Shown: positions 19,620-29,873 of the stretch, piece after piece | Layout of the letters: every line of letters begins with the position of its first letter | How positions within the stretch are numbered: the stretch's first letter is position 1 | Assembly: GCA_919902495.1 (NCBI GenBank) | Contig: CAKKRC010000012.1 | Coordinates: 4,714-68,713 of the forward strand | DNA length: 64,000 nucleotides | From: Nitrospiria bacterium | GTDB taxonomy: Bacteria > Nitrospirota > UBA9217 | Direction: 5' to 3' | Position numbers and translations under genes: made by a program | The notes under the pieces: generated by a model | Told to the model about the DNA's origin: nothing | The model's input: the letters and a program-made list of their open reading frames with translations, nothing else | Databases searched by the model: none

Positions 19620-20038
19620 AGACGTTGATTTCAGCCTTTGTGGAACTCGAAGTGCCATTTCACGATGTGGATGTTATGGGAGTGGTGTGGCATGGTCACT
19701 ATTTAAAATACTTCGAACAAGCGCGCACCGCTCTTCTGCAAAAAATAGGGTTTGATTATCCGCAAATGATCGAGATTGGTTATGTATGGCCGGTTGTAGA
19801 AAGCTATGTGAAGTACTTGCGGCCGATACGGTATTCACAGCGGATAAAGGTTGACGCTCAGATGGTGGAATATGAAAATCGACTACGGATGGCGTATGTG
19901 ATAACGGACAGGGATACCGGAGAGAAATTGACAAAAGGAGAAACGACGCAGGTAGCCATTGAAATTAATACGAAGGAGCTGCAATTTGTATCTCCACGGC
20001 GGTTTATCGAAATAGTTGAGCAGGTGAACAATGGATAA
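19616..20038 (+). CDS. apeK: 4HBT-type acyl-CoA/ACP thioesterase
   Basis: V.F.DVD.MGVVWHG.Y.KYFE.AR motif. Confidence 0.9.
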   Translation: MKTLISAFVELEVPFHDVDVMGVVWHGHYLKYFEQARTALLQKIGFDYPQMIEIGYVWPVVESYVKYLRPIRYSQRIKVDAQMVEYENRLRMAYVITDRDTGEKLTKGETTQVAIEINTKELQFVSPRRFIEIVEQVNNG

Positions 20039-20648
20039 ACGTATGGGAATAGCATTGGCGATCTGCGCAGTAGTAACAGGAGTCAGTGCATATGCGAATG
20101 CAATAACAGTAAAAGAAATCGCGTCCCATGTTGGGGAAAACAGCGTTATTCATGCCGAGTTTACGCAAACTCGAAAGCTGGTGGCATTGAAGCGCCCCAT
20201 CGTATCTAAAGGGAGCGTGGCCGTAGCGGGTGGAAAAGGGATAGTGTGGCAGATAGAACATCCATACCAAGCGACATATATTATAACGAAGAATTCTATT
20301 GCAGAGGTCGACCAGGATGGTCGAAAAAAATCAGGCCAGGCAGAGCAGGCGCAGCAGTTTAAGCAGGTAACGAAGCTGATCAGCTCTTTATTAGAATTGA
20401 ATGAAAAAGATCTTTCCGAAAATTTCTCTATGTTGTCATCGGGAACTCTCGATCAGTGGACCGTAAATCTCGCTGCACGCGACACCCTTGCTAAATATAT
20501 AGCCAAAATAACGATGCGAGGCGGTTCTTTTGTCGATGAGGTGACTATTGAGGAAACATCAGGCGACAGTAGCCAGATACAGTTTCACTCTGCCCGAAAG
20601 GACGAACCGCTTTCATCCCGGGAGTTAATGCTTATACAAGGGCGCTAA
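20031..20648 (+). CDS. apeL: LolA-like periplasmic carrier
   Basis: Signal peptide. F.Q.R.L..L..P..S.G...GI.W....PY and E..GD motifs. Confidence 0.85.
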   Translation: MDKRMGIALAICAVVTGVSAYANAITVKEIASHVGENSVIHAEFTQTRKLVALKRPIVSKGSVAVAGGKGIVWQIEHPYQATYIITKNSIAEVDQDGRKKSGQAEQAQQFKQVTKLISSLLELNEKDLSENFSMLSSGTLDQWTVNLAARDTLAKYIAKITMRGGSFVDEVTIEETSGDSSQIQFHSARKDEPLSSRELMLIQGR

Positions 20649-20651
20649 ATA

Positions 20652-22943
20652 ATGCGTTATTGGGTCTACTGTATAGCTCTACTATTGATTCTGGCGGGAT
20701 TATTATTTCAATTTATCGGGAAGCAGCCAATTGAAACGGATCTTTTGGCGCTCTTGCCTGACGTTAAGCAGAATCCGGTGGCAGAGCAAGCTGCGGATCG
20801 ATTAACCAGTCTGTTAAGCGAAAGGATGATTTTCTTAATCGGGAGTCAGAATAGTGTCGAGGCAAAGAAATCTGCCGAGGCATTTACAACGTCTCTGCGC
20901 GAAAGCAAAGCGTTCAAGTCCGTGCAGGCTAAGATCAACGCGCCAGACCTGGATTCGCTGATCAATTTGTATGCACGTTACCAAAATGGTCTCCTCGTTT
21001 CCGATGATTTGCAGGCATTGATTGAAGGAAAGGAAGTTCTGAACAAAAGACTAATCAGTCGTCTTGCCTCTCCTTTTGCGCATGGAATGATTTCCGTATC
21101 AAAGGACCCTTTTGGATTTTATAGTAACTGGCTTGGACATCTGCCGTATCGCAACCTTCGACTTCAGGTTAGCGACGGATGGTTGATGGCGAGTCAAAAT
21201 GACAATACTTGGATTTTGGCGAGTACGGCATTAGATGGTTCTCCTTTTACGCCATCTATAGAGGAAAAAAGTCTTCATGCAGTGCATGAGGCAACAGCGC
21301 TTCTAAAAAAAGAATATCCTGACGTAAAAATACTGCGTGCCGGGACCATATTTCACAGCTCGGTCATCCGGAAACGGGCAGAACAGGAAATCAATCTTAT
21401 CGGCGGAGTGTCGCTAGCAGGCATAATATTATTGATTCTAAGCGCATATCGCTCGCTGAAAGTCTTGAGCCTAGGCTTATTGTCAGTCGGGACAGGCATA
21501 TGTGTTGGATTGCTGACAACGATAACTATATATGGCCGAATCCATTTGATGACGCTGATATTCGGCGCTAGTCTTCTTGGAGAGGCAATTGACTATTCCA
21601 TTCAGTACTTTTCCGTTCGTCTAGGCGCAGGCGAGAGTTGGGAGCCACATAGTGGTTTGAGGAATGTGAGCCCTCGCCTGATGGTAGCGTTGCTAACGAG
21701 TATACTGGGCTATACAGCTCTTACCTTGACGCCATTCCCCGTGTTGTCTCAGATCGGCGTGTTTGCGATCTCGGGGCTTATCGCCTCTTTTATAACTGTC
21801 GTTATGGTATTCCCTTTTGCATTATCTGATATGCAAAAGATACTGCCAAGACGTCTATTGAAGCTGTCAGGTCGATTCATGACATCTTATAAGGATCGGC
21901 TCTCTAAGCTACATGTCATGGTGATAATAACACTCATTCTCCTAATATCAGCGCTCGGTCTGTTCAAACTTACGAGTAATGATGACATCAAACTATTAGT
22001 GTCGTTATCGCCCGCGCTTGTCCAGGAAGAGCAGCAAGTGCGCGAACTTACGGGTGTGAGTGGCAGCAGTCAGTTTATCCTAGTTGAGGGATCCACTGAT
22101 CAAGAAGTCCTGGAAAATGAAGAAAATCTGGGAAAGCTGCTGATAAAGGAAGGGATAGAGATGCAAGGCGTATCGAGCTACGTTCCCTCGTGTAAAAAAC
22201 AAACTGAAAATAGAATTATTTATAAAAAGAGGATGGCAGATCTCAAAGCAATAATGTCGGATATCGGATTTACGGATAGCGCCATACATTCGATGGCGTT
22301 AACGGCACGTAATAATGACTGCATGACGGTCGATCGATGGCTGGCATCTCCCATTTCAAAACCACTAGAGCATATGTGGATGGGGAAGACACAACATGGA
22401 TATGCCTCAATTGTACTTCCGTCGGGATATAAGAGTGTCGGCGATCTGGCCATGGCGGTCAATGGTATCTCTGGGGCGACGGTAGTAGACAAGCCAGGGA
22501 CAATATCGAAGTTAATCGGTAAATTTAGGCGGCTGGCGGGCTGGGCGTTGATTGGGGCAATCGCACTCGTTTCCCTCGTTCTGGTTGTACGATATGGCCT
22601 AATAAACGGTGGCGGTGTGCTCCTGCCAACGGTCTTGTCATTGCTTGTGACAGCGTCTCTATTGGGATATATGGCGATTCCTATAACACTTTTCCACGTG
22701 CTCGCTTTATTGCTTGTAGTTGGCGTCGGTGTCAATTATTCAATATTTCTCGTTGAGGGCATTGATCAAGAAAACTCAACAACACTTGGTGTGCTGCTGT
22801 CGGTTCTAACAGCCTTCCTTTCCTTTGGCTTGCTATCTTTTTCGTCAATGCCGGCGGCGCATAATTTTGGAGTTACCTTGGCAATTGGCCTATTTGGTGT
22901 GGCATTGCTTTCCCCGATATCAGTGGTGCTGAAAGGGAAATGA
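20652..22943 (+). CDS. apeM: MMPL/RND-family exporter
   Basis: IETDLLALLP, two periplasmic loops, ~12 TM segments, FGASLLG.AIDY, G.GVNYSIF. Confidence 0.9.
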   Translation: MRYWVYCIALLLILAGLLFQFIGKQPIETDLLALLPDVKQNPVAEQAADRLTSLLSERMIFLIGSQNSVEAKKSAEAFTTSLRESKAFKSVQAKINAPDLDSLINLYARYQNGLLVSDDLQALIEGKEVLNKRLISRLASPFAHGMISVSKDPFGFYSNWLGHLPYRNLRLQVSDGWLMASQNDNTWILASTALDGSPFTPSIEEKSLHAVHEATALLKKEYPDVKILRAGTIFHSSVIRKRAEQEINLIGGVSLAGIILLILSAYRSLKVLSLGLLSVGTGICVGLLTTITIYGRIHLMTLIFGASLLGEAIDYSIQYFSVRLGAGESWEPHSGLRNVSPRLMVALLTSILGYTALTLTPFPVLSQIGVFAISGLIASFITVVMVFPFALSDMQKILPRRLLKLSGRFMTSYKDRLSKLHVMVIITLILLISALGLFKLTSNDDIKLLVSLSPALVQEEQQVRELTGVSGSSQFILVEGSTDQEVLENEENLGKLLIKEGIEMQGVSSYVPSCKKQTENRIIYKKRMADLKAIMSDIGFTDSAIHSMALTARNNDCMTVDRWLASPISKPLEHMWMGKTQHGYASIVLPSGYKSVGDLAMAVNGISGATVVDKPGTISKLIGKFRRLAGWALIGAIALVSLVLVVRYGLINGGGVLLPTVLSLLVTASLLGYMAIPITLFHVLALLLVVGVGVNYSIFLVEGIDQENSTTLGVLLSVLTAFLSFGLLSFSSMPAAHNFGVTLAIGLFGVALLSPISVVLKGK

Positions 22944-23497
22944 TGGCAAGGAGCCTAATCTTATGCATGCTGATTCTTGGCGGCTGCGCGAAGCTTCCGG
23001 ATACGTGCACAACAGTATTTCCCCGAACAACATATTGCATCCAAGGTACCGAGGGAATTGACGCTTTTTCAGTCTTGCAGGAAGTGGAATTCAAAAGTAA
23101 TGACTCATCAGGCAAATTCCTCATTCGCCTGGAAGTTGATCAGACGGCTTTTCGTATGGCACTCTTAACCATGCTTGGTCAAAGCTTGGGGAGTCTGAGC
23201 TATGAGAAAAATAGCGAAATAAGAGTGATTGCACCAGGCGGCGAGAAACACTTTAATATTTTGATGCCAGTAGCATATGTTCAATTAGCCCTTTGGCCCA
23301 GGGAAATAATTCTGAAAGGATTGCAGGCGCAGTCCATCGATGTGCAGGAGTCGAGCAGGCGGCGAGTGTTCATGAACAAGAAAGGAAATACAATCATTGC
23401 CATAGAATATGAGGGGACGGCCCCTCCGTATGATCGTCTTGTTATGTCATCTTCCGAAGGCCATAAGGTGATTATTACTACGCTGGAAAGGGATTGA
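22940..23497 (+). CDS. apeN: DUF3261 lipoprotein
   Basis: Lipobox LGGC, QLALWP motif, position in operon. Confidence 0.8.
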   Translation: MMARSLILCMLILGGCAKLPDTCTTVFPRTTYCIQGTEGIDAFSVLQEVEFKSNDSSGKFLIRLEVDQTAFRMALLTMLGQSLGSLSYEKNSEIRVIAPGGEKHFNILMPVAYVQLALWPREIILKGLQAQSIDVQESSRRRVFMNKKGNTIIAIEYEGTAPPYDRLVMSSSEGHKVIITTLERD

Positions 23498-24684
23498 TGG
23501 GACAGCCTGCTTATTTAAATGCCCTGGGCATCGTTTCGGCCTTAGGGGTAGGAAAGGTCGAAACGACCAGACGCCTGATGGCCGGTGATACATTAGGTAT
23601 GGGCAAAGACGAAAATCTGCTCATTGGTGGAACTGTCTTAGTGGGTTGCGTAACAGCAAAAACAGCTATCGTTCCCCAAGAATATCCATATCATAATTCA
23701 AGGAACAATGAATTATTGCTCACAGCAATTGACGAGATACGCGATGATATTGATAATATCATCTCAAAGTATGGGGCTCAGAGGGTCGGTGTGGTCCTCG
23801 GAACGAGCACGTCCGGGATCAGGGAGGGCGAAAAGGCAATAGCAACATATGATAGAAATGGCAAGCTGCCGGATTCTTTTGATTATAGAATGTGGGAAAT
23901 CGGATCCCCCGCGCTATTCCTGTCTAAGTACCTGGACATTTCGGGCCCTTCATACGTTGTATCAACTGCGTGTTCGTCCAGTGCAAAGGCCCTGATAGCG
24001 GCGCGTAACATGCTGCTGGCAGGTCTTTGTGACGCTGTAATCACCGGTGGAGTTGACAGCCTTTGCCAATTAACCGTGAATGGCTTTAATGCCCTTGAAT
24101 CGATATCCTCGGAGCTCATGAATCCCATGAGCATCAATCGTAAAGGTTTAAACATTGGAGAGGGAGCTGCTGTATTTATTATGTCACGAGAGCCGGCGCC
24201 AATAGCTCTTCTCGGGGCGGGAGAGGCGAGTGACGCATATCATTTTACGGCACCGGATCCGAAGGGTGTCGGCGCCACTATGGCAATTAATGATGCATTG
24301 ACAGACTCTGGCATTGCAAAAGACGACTTGTGCTATCTCAACCTCCACGGGACCGCTACCAAAAAAAATGATGAAATGGAATCGAATGTGATTTTCAGGG
24401 TGCTCTCGCCCCACATACCCTCGAGTTCAACAAAGCCTTTAACGGGTCATACCCTGGGGGCAGCAGGCGCAATCGAAGCCGCCTTTTGCTGGCTGACGAT
24501 TTCGGACTATAATACTGAAGGTGTTCTTCCTCCGCACATATGGGATGGGAAAATCGATATCAACTTGCCGACTATAACGCTTGTTGAACATGGCCGCAAA
24601 CTACAAGGGCCAAAATATACCATGAGCAATTCATTCGCTTTTGGAGGAAGCAATGCGTCCCTGGTTGTCGGAGAAGCGCGATGA
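23494..24684 (+). CDS. apeO: Beta-ketoacyl-ACP synthase
   Basis: GTSTSG, TACSSS, HGTAT, GHTLGAAG, SNSFAFGG. Confidence 0.92.
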   Translation: MMGQPAYLNALGIVSALGVGKVETTRRLMAGDTLGMGKDENLLIGGTVLVGCVTAKTAIVPQEYPYHNSRNNELLLTAIDEIRDDIDNIISKYGAQRVGVVLGTSTSGIREGEKAIATYDRNGKLPDSFDYRMWEIGSPALFLSKYLDISGPSYVVSTACSSSAKALIAARNMLLAGLCDAVITGGVDSLCQLTVNGFNALESISSELMNPMSINRKGLNIGEGAAVFIMSREPAPIALLGAGEASDAYHFTAPDPKGVGATMAINDALTDSGIAKDDLCYLNLHGTATKKNDEMESNVIFRVLSPHIPSSSTKPLTGHTLGAAGAIEAAFCWLTISDYNTEGVLPPHIWDGKIDINLPTITLVEHGRKLQGPKYTMSNSFAFGGSNASLVVGEAR

Positions 24685-25151
24685 GTGTGTATCCTCCTAT
24701 CGAGATGCTCATACCACATAGACCTCCGATGATGCTTATCAACGGAGTCGTTGGCGAAGTTGAGGAAGGACTTATCGCAACTGCGCTGCCTGATCCTAAA
24801 GCTTGGTATGCTAATGAAGATGGGTCGATGCCGGCATGGATAGGGATCGAATTGATGGCTCAAGCAATCTCTGCATGGGCTGGTCTGCAGGCATATAAAG
24901 CAGGCATGCCCCCAAGAAAAGGTTTTCTGATTGGTACAAGAGAATATATGAGCAAATGCCCGTCCTTTACCGCAGGAAATGCATTGTTTATAGAAGTACG
25001 CAAGGTCTTTTCTGATCCCCAGGGTCTTGCCGCATTTAACTGCCTGATACGGGATGACAGAACTGTGTTTGCAGAAGCTGTGGTGAAAGTTATAAATGTC
25101 GATAACTACGAAGCCGCAATGGCGCCATCAGGAAAATCATATGAACAATAA
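24681..25151 (+). CDS. apeP: Hotdog-fold 3-hydroxyacyl-ACP dehydratase
   Basis: LIPHRPPM.LI, PAWIGIELMAQ, GFLIGTR. Confidence 0.9.
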   Translation: MSVYPPIEMLIPHRPPMMLINGVVGEVEEGLIATALPDPKAWYANEDGSMPAWIGIELMAQAISAWAGLQAYKAGMPPRKGFLIGTREYMSKCPSFTAGNALFIEVRKVFSDPQGLAAFNCLIRDDRTVFAEAVVKVINVDNYEAAMAPSGKSYEQ

Positions 25152-25854
25152 GCGCATATTAATCACTGGTTCTACAAGAGGTATCGGTCGCGAAATAGCT
25201 CGCAAGTTGGTAGGTAGCGGCTACAAGGTAACAGTTCACGGACGATCCAAAGAGGATTCGCGCAGAGTAGCGCAGGAACTCTCTGCTGACGACGCGCTGG
25301 CATTTGATGTAACGGATCGAGCGGGTGCTAAGGATGTGCTGGAAAGAGTTGTTGAGGAAAAAGGCGCTTATTGGGGTGTCGTTTTAAGTACCGGATTGGC
25401 GCGAGATAATACATTTGTAGCCCTGTCAGACGAAGATTGGGATCTTGTTCTTGCAAGCAGTCTCGATGGATTTTATAATGTTCTCCATCCACTCATGCTT
25501 CCATTGGTGCGATTGCGAAGTGGCGGGCGAGTAGTGGTCATTTCTTCCGTGTCTGGTGTAACTGGGAATAGAGGCCAGGTAAATTATTCTGCAGCAAAGG
25601 CGGGCCTCATCGGTGCCGCAAAAGCCTTGGCGGTAGAATTAGCTACTCGCAAGATAACAGTTAACTGCGTAGCTCCAGGCCTCATTGATACGGAGATGAC
25701 CCGTGACGTGCCCATTGAAGAAGCGCTGAAGATCGTTCCCATGGGAAGACTGGGGAAACCAGAGGAAGTTGCTGCTCTCGTTGCTTTCCTAATGTCAGAA
25801 GAAGCGTCTTACATTACACGACAGGTGATAGGGGTTAATGGGGGCATCATATGA
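25141..25854 (+). CDS. apeQ: 3-oxoacyl-ACP reductase (FabG-like)
   Basis: TGSTRGIG, GNRGQVNYSAAK, VAPGLIDT. Confidence 0.93.
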   Translation: MNNKRILITGSTRGIGREIARKLVGSGYKVTVHGRSKEDSRRVAQELSADDALAFDVTDRAGAKDVLERVVEEKGAYWGVVLSTGLARDNTFVALSDEDWDLVLASSLDGFYNVLHPLMLPLVRLRSGGRVVVISSVSGVTGNRGQVNYSAAKAGLIGAAKALAVELATRKITVNCVAPGLIDTEMTRDVPIEEALKIVPMGRLGKPEEVAALVAFLMSEEASYITRQVIGVNGGII

Positions 25855-27080
25855 GCCGTCGTGTAGTGATCACGGGGATGGGATGTGTATCCGCTCTTGG
25901 TGATGATTGGGCGACTCTAAAGGCTAATCTTCTTAAGCAGAAGACCGCGACTCGAGTAATGCCCGAATGGGATAAGTTCGTCGATTTGCAAACCCGGCTG
26001 GGTGCTCCTGTGGATCATTTTCAACTACCTTCTCACTATACACGTCGTGCCGCTCGGTCTATGGGACGCGTATCGCTTTTGGCCGTCAGGGCTTCTGAGC
26101 TTGCGATACAAGAATCCGGTTTGATCGATAATCCGGTTCTGACCAATGGCAATACTGGGATTGCTTATGGATCTTCAGCTGGGAGTATGGATTCGTTAAG
26201 GATCATCGGGTATATTTTGGAAACAGGAAAAATGAAGGGTTTAACCGCGGCAACCTATATTCAGTCAATGAGTCATACTGCGGCGGTTAATATTGGAATA
26301 TTCTTTAAGATACGCGGAAGGGTAATTCCGACGTCCAGTGCATGTACCTCAGGCAGTCAGGCAATTGGTTATGCGTATGAGTCGATTCGTTACGGTAAGC
26401 AAAAGGTCATGGTGGCAGGCGGAGCTGAGGAGCTATCAGCCTTTACGGCGATGATCTTTGACGTGTTGTTTGCGACGAGTACTAAGAATACAACTCCGCA
26501 GTTAACTCCGAGCCCTTTTGACAAAAGTCGAGACGGCTTAGTCGTCGGGGAGGGAGCGGCGACATTAATTCTGGAAGAGTATGAGCATGCGAGGACCCGA
26601 GGAGCAAAGATATATGCAGAAATTGCTGGTTACGGATGCAACTCGGATGGCATGCATATAACACAGCCAGATGCAGTATCCATGGCAGCTGTAATGAGAT
26701 TGTCTTTGCAGGATGCAGGACTCAAAGAAAAAGAGATTGGTTACATTAATTTGCACGGGACCGGTACTAAGCACGGCGACATAGCAGAGTCGATGGCGAC
26801 AAATGAAGTTTTTAGCAGCGCAGTGCCAGTGTCGGGTGTCAAAGGACATTTCGGACATACTTTGGGAGCCAGCGGAGCTTTGGAGGCAATGATCACGATT
26901 AACATGATTAACGAGGGCTGGGCTGTACCGAATGCAAACCTGGTTGAAGTTGATCCCGATTGTGCTAAAATAGATTTCATTATTGAATCAGCACGAAAGA
27001 TATCTACGCAGTATTCAATGAGCAATAACTTTGCATTCGGTGGAATAAATACATCTCTTATTTTTAGAAAGACTATTTGA
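25851..27080 (+). CDS. apeR: Beta-ketoacyl-ACP synthase (FabF-like)
   Basis: SACTSGS, HGTGT, GHTLGA, SNNFAFGG. Confidence 0.93.
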   Translation: MSRRVVITGMGCVSALGDDWATLKANLLKQKTATRVMPEWDKFVDLQTRLGAPVDHFQLPSHYTRRAARSMGRVSLLAVRASELAIQESGLIDNPVLTNGNTGIAYGSSAGSMDSLRIIGYILETGKMKGLTAATYIQSMSHTAAVNIGIFFKIRGRVIPTSSACTSGSQAIGYAYESIRYGKQKVMVAGGAEELSAFTAMIFDVLFATSTKNTTPQLTPSPFDKSRDGLVVGEGAATLILEEYEHARTRGAKIYAEIAGYGCNSDGMHITQPDAVSMAAVMRLSLQDAGLKEKEIGYINLHGTGTKHGDIAESMATNEVFSSAVPVSGVKGHFGHTLGASGALEAMITINMINEGWAVPNANLVEVDPDCAKIDFIIESARKISTQYSMSNNFAFGGINTSLIFRKTI

Positions 27081-27167
27081 TCAGCGATGTGTGCGCATTC
27101 GTGGATTGTAGTTTTTGAATCAGCATTCAGCTTATAGGTCGTCTAATAACGTTAAAGGAGAAGGGCA

Positions 27168-27803
27168 ATGAAAAGAAAACTTGTTTTACTGATCGCGTAT
27201 TGCGCGGCAGTCCTTAGCGGCTGTGCCATCGGGAACACGCACCGATATCACGACACACTAGCAGACATCAATTTCTCCGGCTCGATCACGATCGCCGTAG
27301 CGACCCATGATCAGCGTGAGTACGTTCTTTCCGGCGTGAAGGAGCCGGATTTTGTCGGTTTGTCTCGCGGCGGTTTTGGAAATCCGTTCAATATAAACAC
27401 AGAAAGCGGCAAGCAGCTAGCAGAGGACATGACTTTGTCCATCGCCAATTCACTTGGAAAGAAGGGATTTAAAGTTGTTCCGGTCCTGGTTCCTCATTCA
27501 GATCAACGTCAAGCAGTGGTTGGAAAGCTCAAGGGTGCGGGTGGAGAGCGGCTGCTCATCTTTACCCTCTCAGAATGGAAAAGCGATACCTACATGAACA
27601 CAGCCCTTCTCTATGATATAAAGGCCGAGGTGCTGAACAAGGAAGGAACGACCTTGGCCCAAAAGAGCTTAAATGGAAAGGATGATCTGGGAGGCAGCTT
27701 TATGAACCCACCCCAGCATGCGAAAGAGGCGGTGCCGGTCGCATTTAAGGAAAAGATCGAGAAGCTCCTGAAAAGTCCGGAGATCGAGGCTGCGCTCCGG
27801 TAA
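27168..27803 (+). CDS. Hypothetical lipoprotein (YajG-like fold possible)
   Basis: AAGGAG RBS, lipobox LSGC, D.R motif, VG..RGGFGNP. Confidence 0.78.
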   Translation: MKRKLVLLIAYCAAVLSGCAIGNTHRYHDTLADINFSGSITIAVATHDQREYVLSGVKEPDFVGLSRGGFGNPFNINTESGKQLAEDMTLSIANSLGKKGFKVVPVLVPHSDQRQAVVGKLKGAGGERLLIFTLSEWKSDTYMNTALLYDIKAEVLNKEGTTLAQKSLNGKDDLGGSFMNPPQHAKEAVPVAFKEKIEKLLKSPEIEAALR

Positions 27804-27939
27804 ATTCATTATGTACCGCTGGACGATTGCCTTGATCTCGGAAAATCGAGGGTAAAAATAATGCCGTAATCTTTAATGGACGAACCGGTAATAAGCCAAA
27901 ATGGATTTGTATCCTATCTCAATTTGACGGAGGTGCTCC

Positions 27940-28368
27940 ATGATTTCTCATAAATCAATAGTAGTTTGGTCTCTCGTATTTATTTTCATAGTATCCTTCT
28001 TTGCATGTTCGCGGCGCTCTGTCCCTATTATTAATTATGACGATGTTTCATTTACAAGCCGAAGTGATAAAACATTAAGTCTAGATGACGTCAATAAAGC
28101 CCTGGCAATCGCGGCAGTCGCTAAACAATGGAAACTATCCGATACTAGACCGGGACATGCAACGGCCACCTATATTGTTCGTGGCAAACATACCGTCGTA
28201 GTCGATATAACCTATACGGAAAAAACGTTATCCATTAAATACAAAAATAGTACTAACATGCTTTATGATAAGGATAAGGACGGAAATGAAACTATACACA
28301 CAAATTATAATAGGTGGGTGAGCAATTTTATAACAGAAGTAAATAAAGAACTATTGGAGTTGAAGTAG
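27940..28368 (+). CDS. Small lipoprotein (IH.NYNRWV family, ApeA-like)
   Basis: GGAGG RBS, lipobox FFAC, C-terminal IHTNYNRWV. Very AT-rich. Confidence 0.75.
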   Translation: MISHKSIVVWSLVFIFIVSFFACSRRSVPIINYDDVSFTSRSDKTLSLDDVNKALAIAAVAKQWKLSDTRPGHATATYIVRGKHTVVVDITYTEKTLSIKYKNSTNMLYDKDKDGNETIHTNYNRWVSNFITEVNKELLELK

Positions 28369-28454
28369 TTGTTTATGTGGTGTGCTATTAACGGGTCTTT
28401 TGCTTTGGATGTCGGGTATCAGATTTCATCCGTCCAGGGGGCATTCGTGCGGCT

Positions 28455-29321
28455 ATGAGAATATTCTATCGATTTATTCTCTTTTGCCTCCTGCTTGCGA
28501 CCACGGGCTGCAGCTCGCTCTTTTTTCATCCCTCCCGGAACATGCAGGAAGGGCCCGCAGTGAAGCTGTTCAACCACCGCGATATCGTGTTCGCCTCGTC
28601 TGACGGGGTCCCGATCCACGGCTGGTACTTCCCTGCGGAGAACGCCCTCGGCAGCATCCTCGTCCTGCACGGCAACGCCCAGAACCTGAGCACGCACGTG
28701 AACAGCGTCTTGTGGCTCGTGAAGGAAGGCTACAACCTCTTTATTATTGACTACCGCGGATACGGGTGGTCCGGCGGGGAGCCGACGCTCGAAGGCGTTC
28801 ACCGCGACGCCGATGCGGCCCTCGAGAAACTCATGAGCATGCCGGAAACGGACCCTGATCGTGTCGTGGTGCTTGGTCAGAGCCTGGGCGGCTCGATCGC
28901 GACCTACACCGTCGCCCGTTCCCGGCACAAGGACCGCATACGGGCACTGGTCATCGACAGCGCCTTCTCGAGCTTTCGCTGCATCGCCCGGGAGAAACTG
29001 GGCAGTTTCTGGCTCACCTGGCCGTTCCAGTATCCCCTGTCCTGGACGGTCAACGACGACTACAGCGCCGAGAAATGGATAGGGCAGGTCTCGCCGATGC
29101 CGGTCCTCATCCTGCACGGACTCGACGACCCGGTCGTGCCGCTCCATCACGGCAGGATGCTCGGCGAGGCCGCGCGGCAGCCGAAGGAAATCTGGCTGAC
29201 GGCGCGGCCCGGACATGTCCAGTCGTTTGGCGACGAATCTCTAAGAAAGAATTTCGTGGACTATCTCTCCCGCGTGCTGCGGTCGAAGCCAACCGTTGGA
29301 CCGCCCGCGAAAGGTTCTTGA
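28455..29321 (+). CDS. Alpha/beta-hydrolase lipoprotein
   Basis: Lipobox TTGC. HGNAQN, DYRGYG.S.G.P, GQSLGG, HG.DD.VVP, GH triad. Confidence 0.92.
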   Translation: MRIFYRFILFCLLLATTGCSSLFFHPSRNMQEGPAVKLFNHRDIVFASSDGVPIHGWYFPAENALGSILVLHGNAQNLSTHVNSVLWLVKEGYNLFIIDYRGYGWSGGEPTLEGVHRDADAALEKLMSMPETDPDRVVVLGQSLGGSIATYTVARSRHKDRIRALVIDSAFSSFRCIAREKLGSFWLTWPFQYPLSWTVNDDYSAEKWIGQVSPMPVLILHGLDDPVVPLHHGRMLGEAARQPKEIWLTARPGHVQSFGDESLRKNFVDYLSRVLRSKPTVGPPAKGS

Positions 29322-29324
29322 CCC

Positions 29325-29353
29325 TTGACAAAGACGGCAAAATACGCTTTAAT
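29325..29353 (+). promoter_or_regulatory. sigma70-type promoter for DUF3015 gene
   Basis: TTGACA-17nt-TTTAAT. Confidence 0.55.
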
Positions 29354-29396
29354 CTATTGCACGGTTTCTATTTTTTAAATTTTCGAAGGAGGCACT

Positions 29397-29873
29397 ATGA
29401 AGAAACTCGCAGTTGTCGCAGCAGTAGTGGCAGTAACGCTCGTGTTGGCCGGATCCGCGTTTGCAGCCGGACAGGCTCACACGAATACGGGTTGTGGTCT
29501 CGGCACCATGCTGTTCAAGGGCAGCGCCGATAACTCGGTCCTGCTCCAGACGTTCCAGGCGACGACCAACGGCACGTACGGCAACCAGACCTTCGGCATC
29601 ACCACCGGCACGTCGGATTGCCAGCAGCCCAAGAACTTCGCAAGCAACGTGCAGATCAACGAGTTCATGGTCGCCAACATGGACAACCTGGCCCGCGACA
29701 TCGCCCAGGGCCGCGGCGAGACGCTCGATGCCTTTGCCGAACTTCTGCAGGTCCCGGCGGAGAAGCGCTCCGAGTTCTACGGGCAGCTGCAGTCCGGTTT
29801 CGCCCGCATCTTCACGTCCCCCGGCGTGCAGATGGCGAGCGTGATGGACAACATCTCGACCGTTTCGAAATAA
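29397..29873 (+). CDS. DUF3015 family secreted protein
   Basis: GGAGG RBS, signal peptide, GCGLG, TTNGT.GNQTFGITTGTS.C, D.A.G.GE.L. Confidence 0.9.
   Translation: MKKLAVVAAVVAVTLVLAGSAFAAGQAHTNTGCGLGTMLFKGSADNSVLLQTFQATTNGTYGNQTFGITTGTSDCQQPKNFASNVQINEFMVANMDNLARDIAQGRGETLDAFAELLQVPAEKRSEFYGQLQSGFARIFTSPGVQMASVMDNISTVSK

Larger units (their letters stand above)
11850..27100 (+). other. Lower-GC island carrying an aryl polyene (APE)-like biosynthetic operon
   Basis: Abrupt shift to AT-richer codon usage (judged by eye). 17 co-oriented, mostly overlapping genes in the canonical apeC-apeR order. Confidence 0.85.

Noticed and set aside
29618-29872. N-terminal extension of the DUF4105 ORF from 29618
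   Set aside because: It overlaps the DUF3015 gene out of frame. The signal peptide indicates a start at or after 29873.
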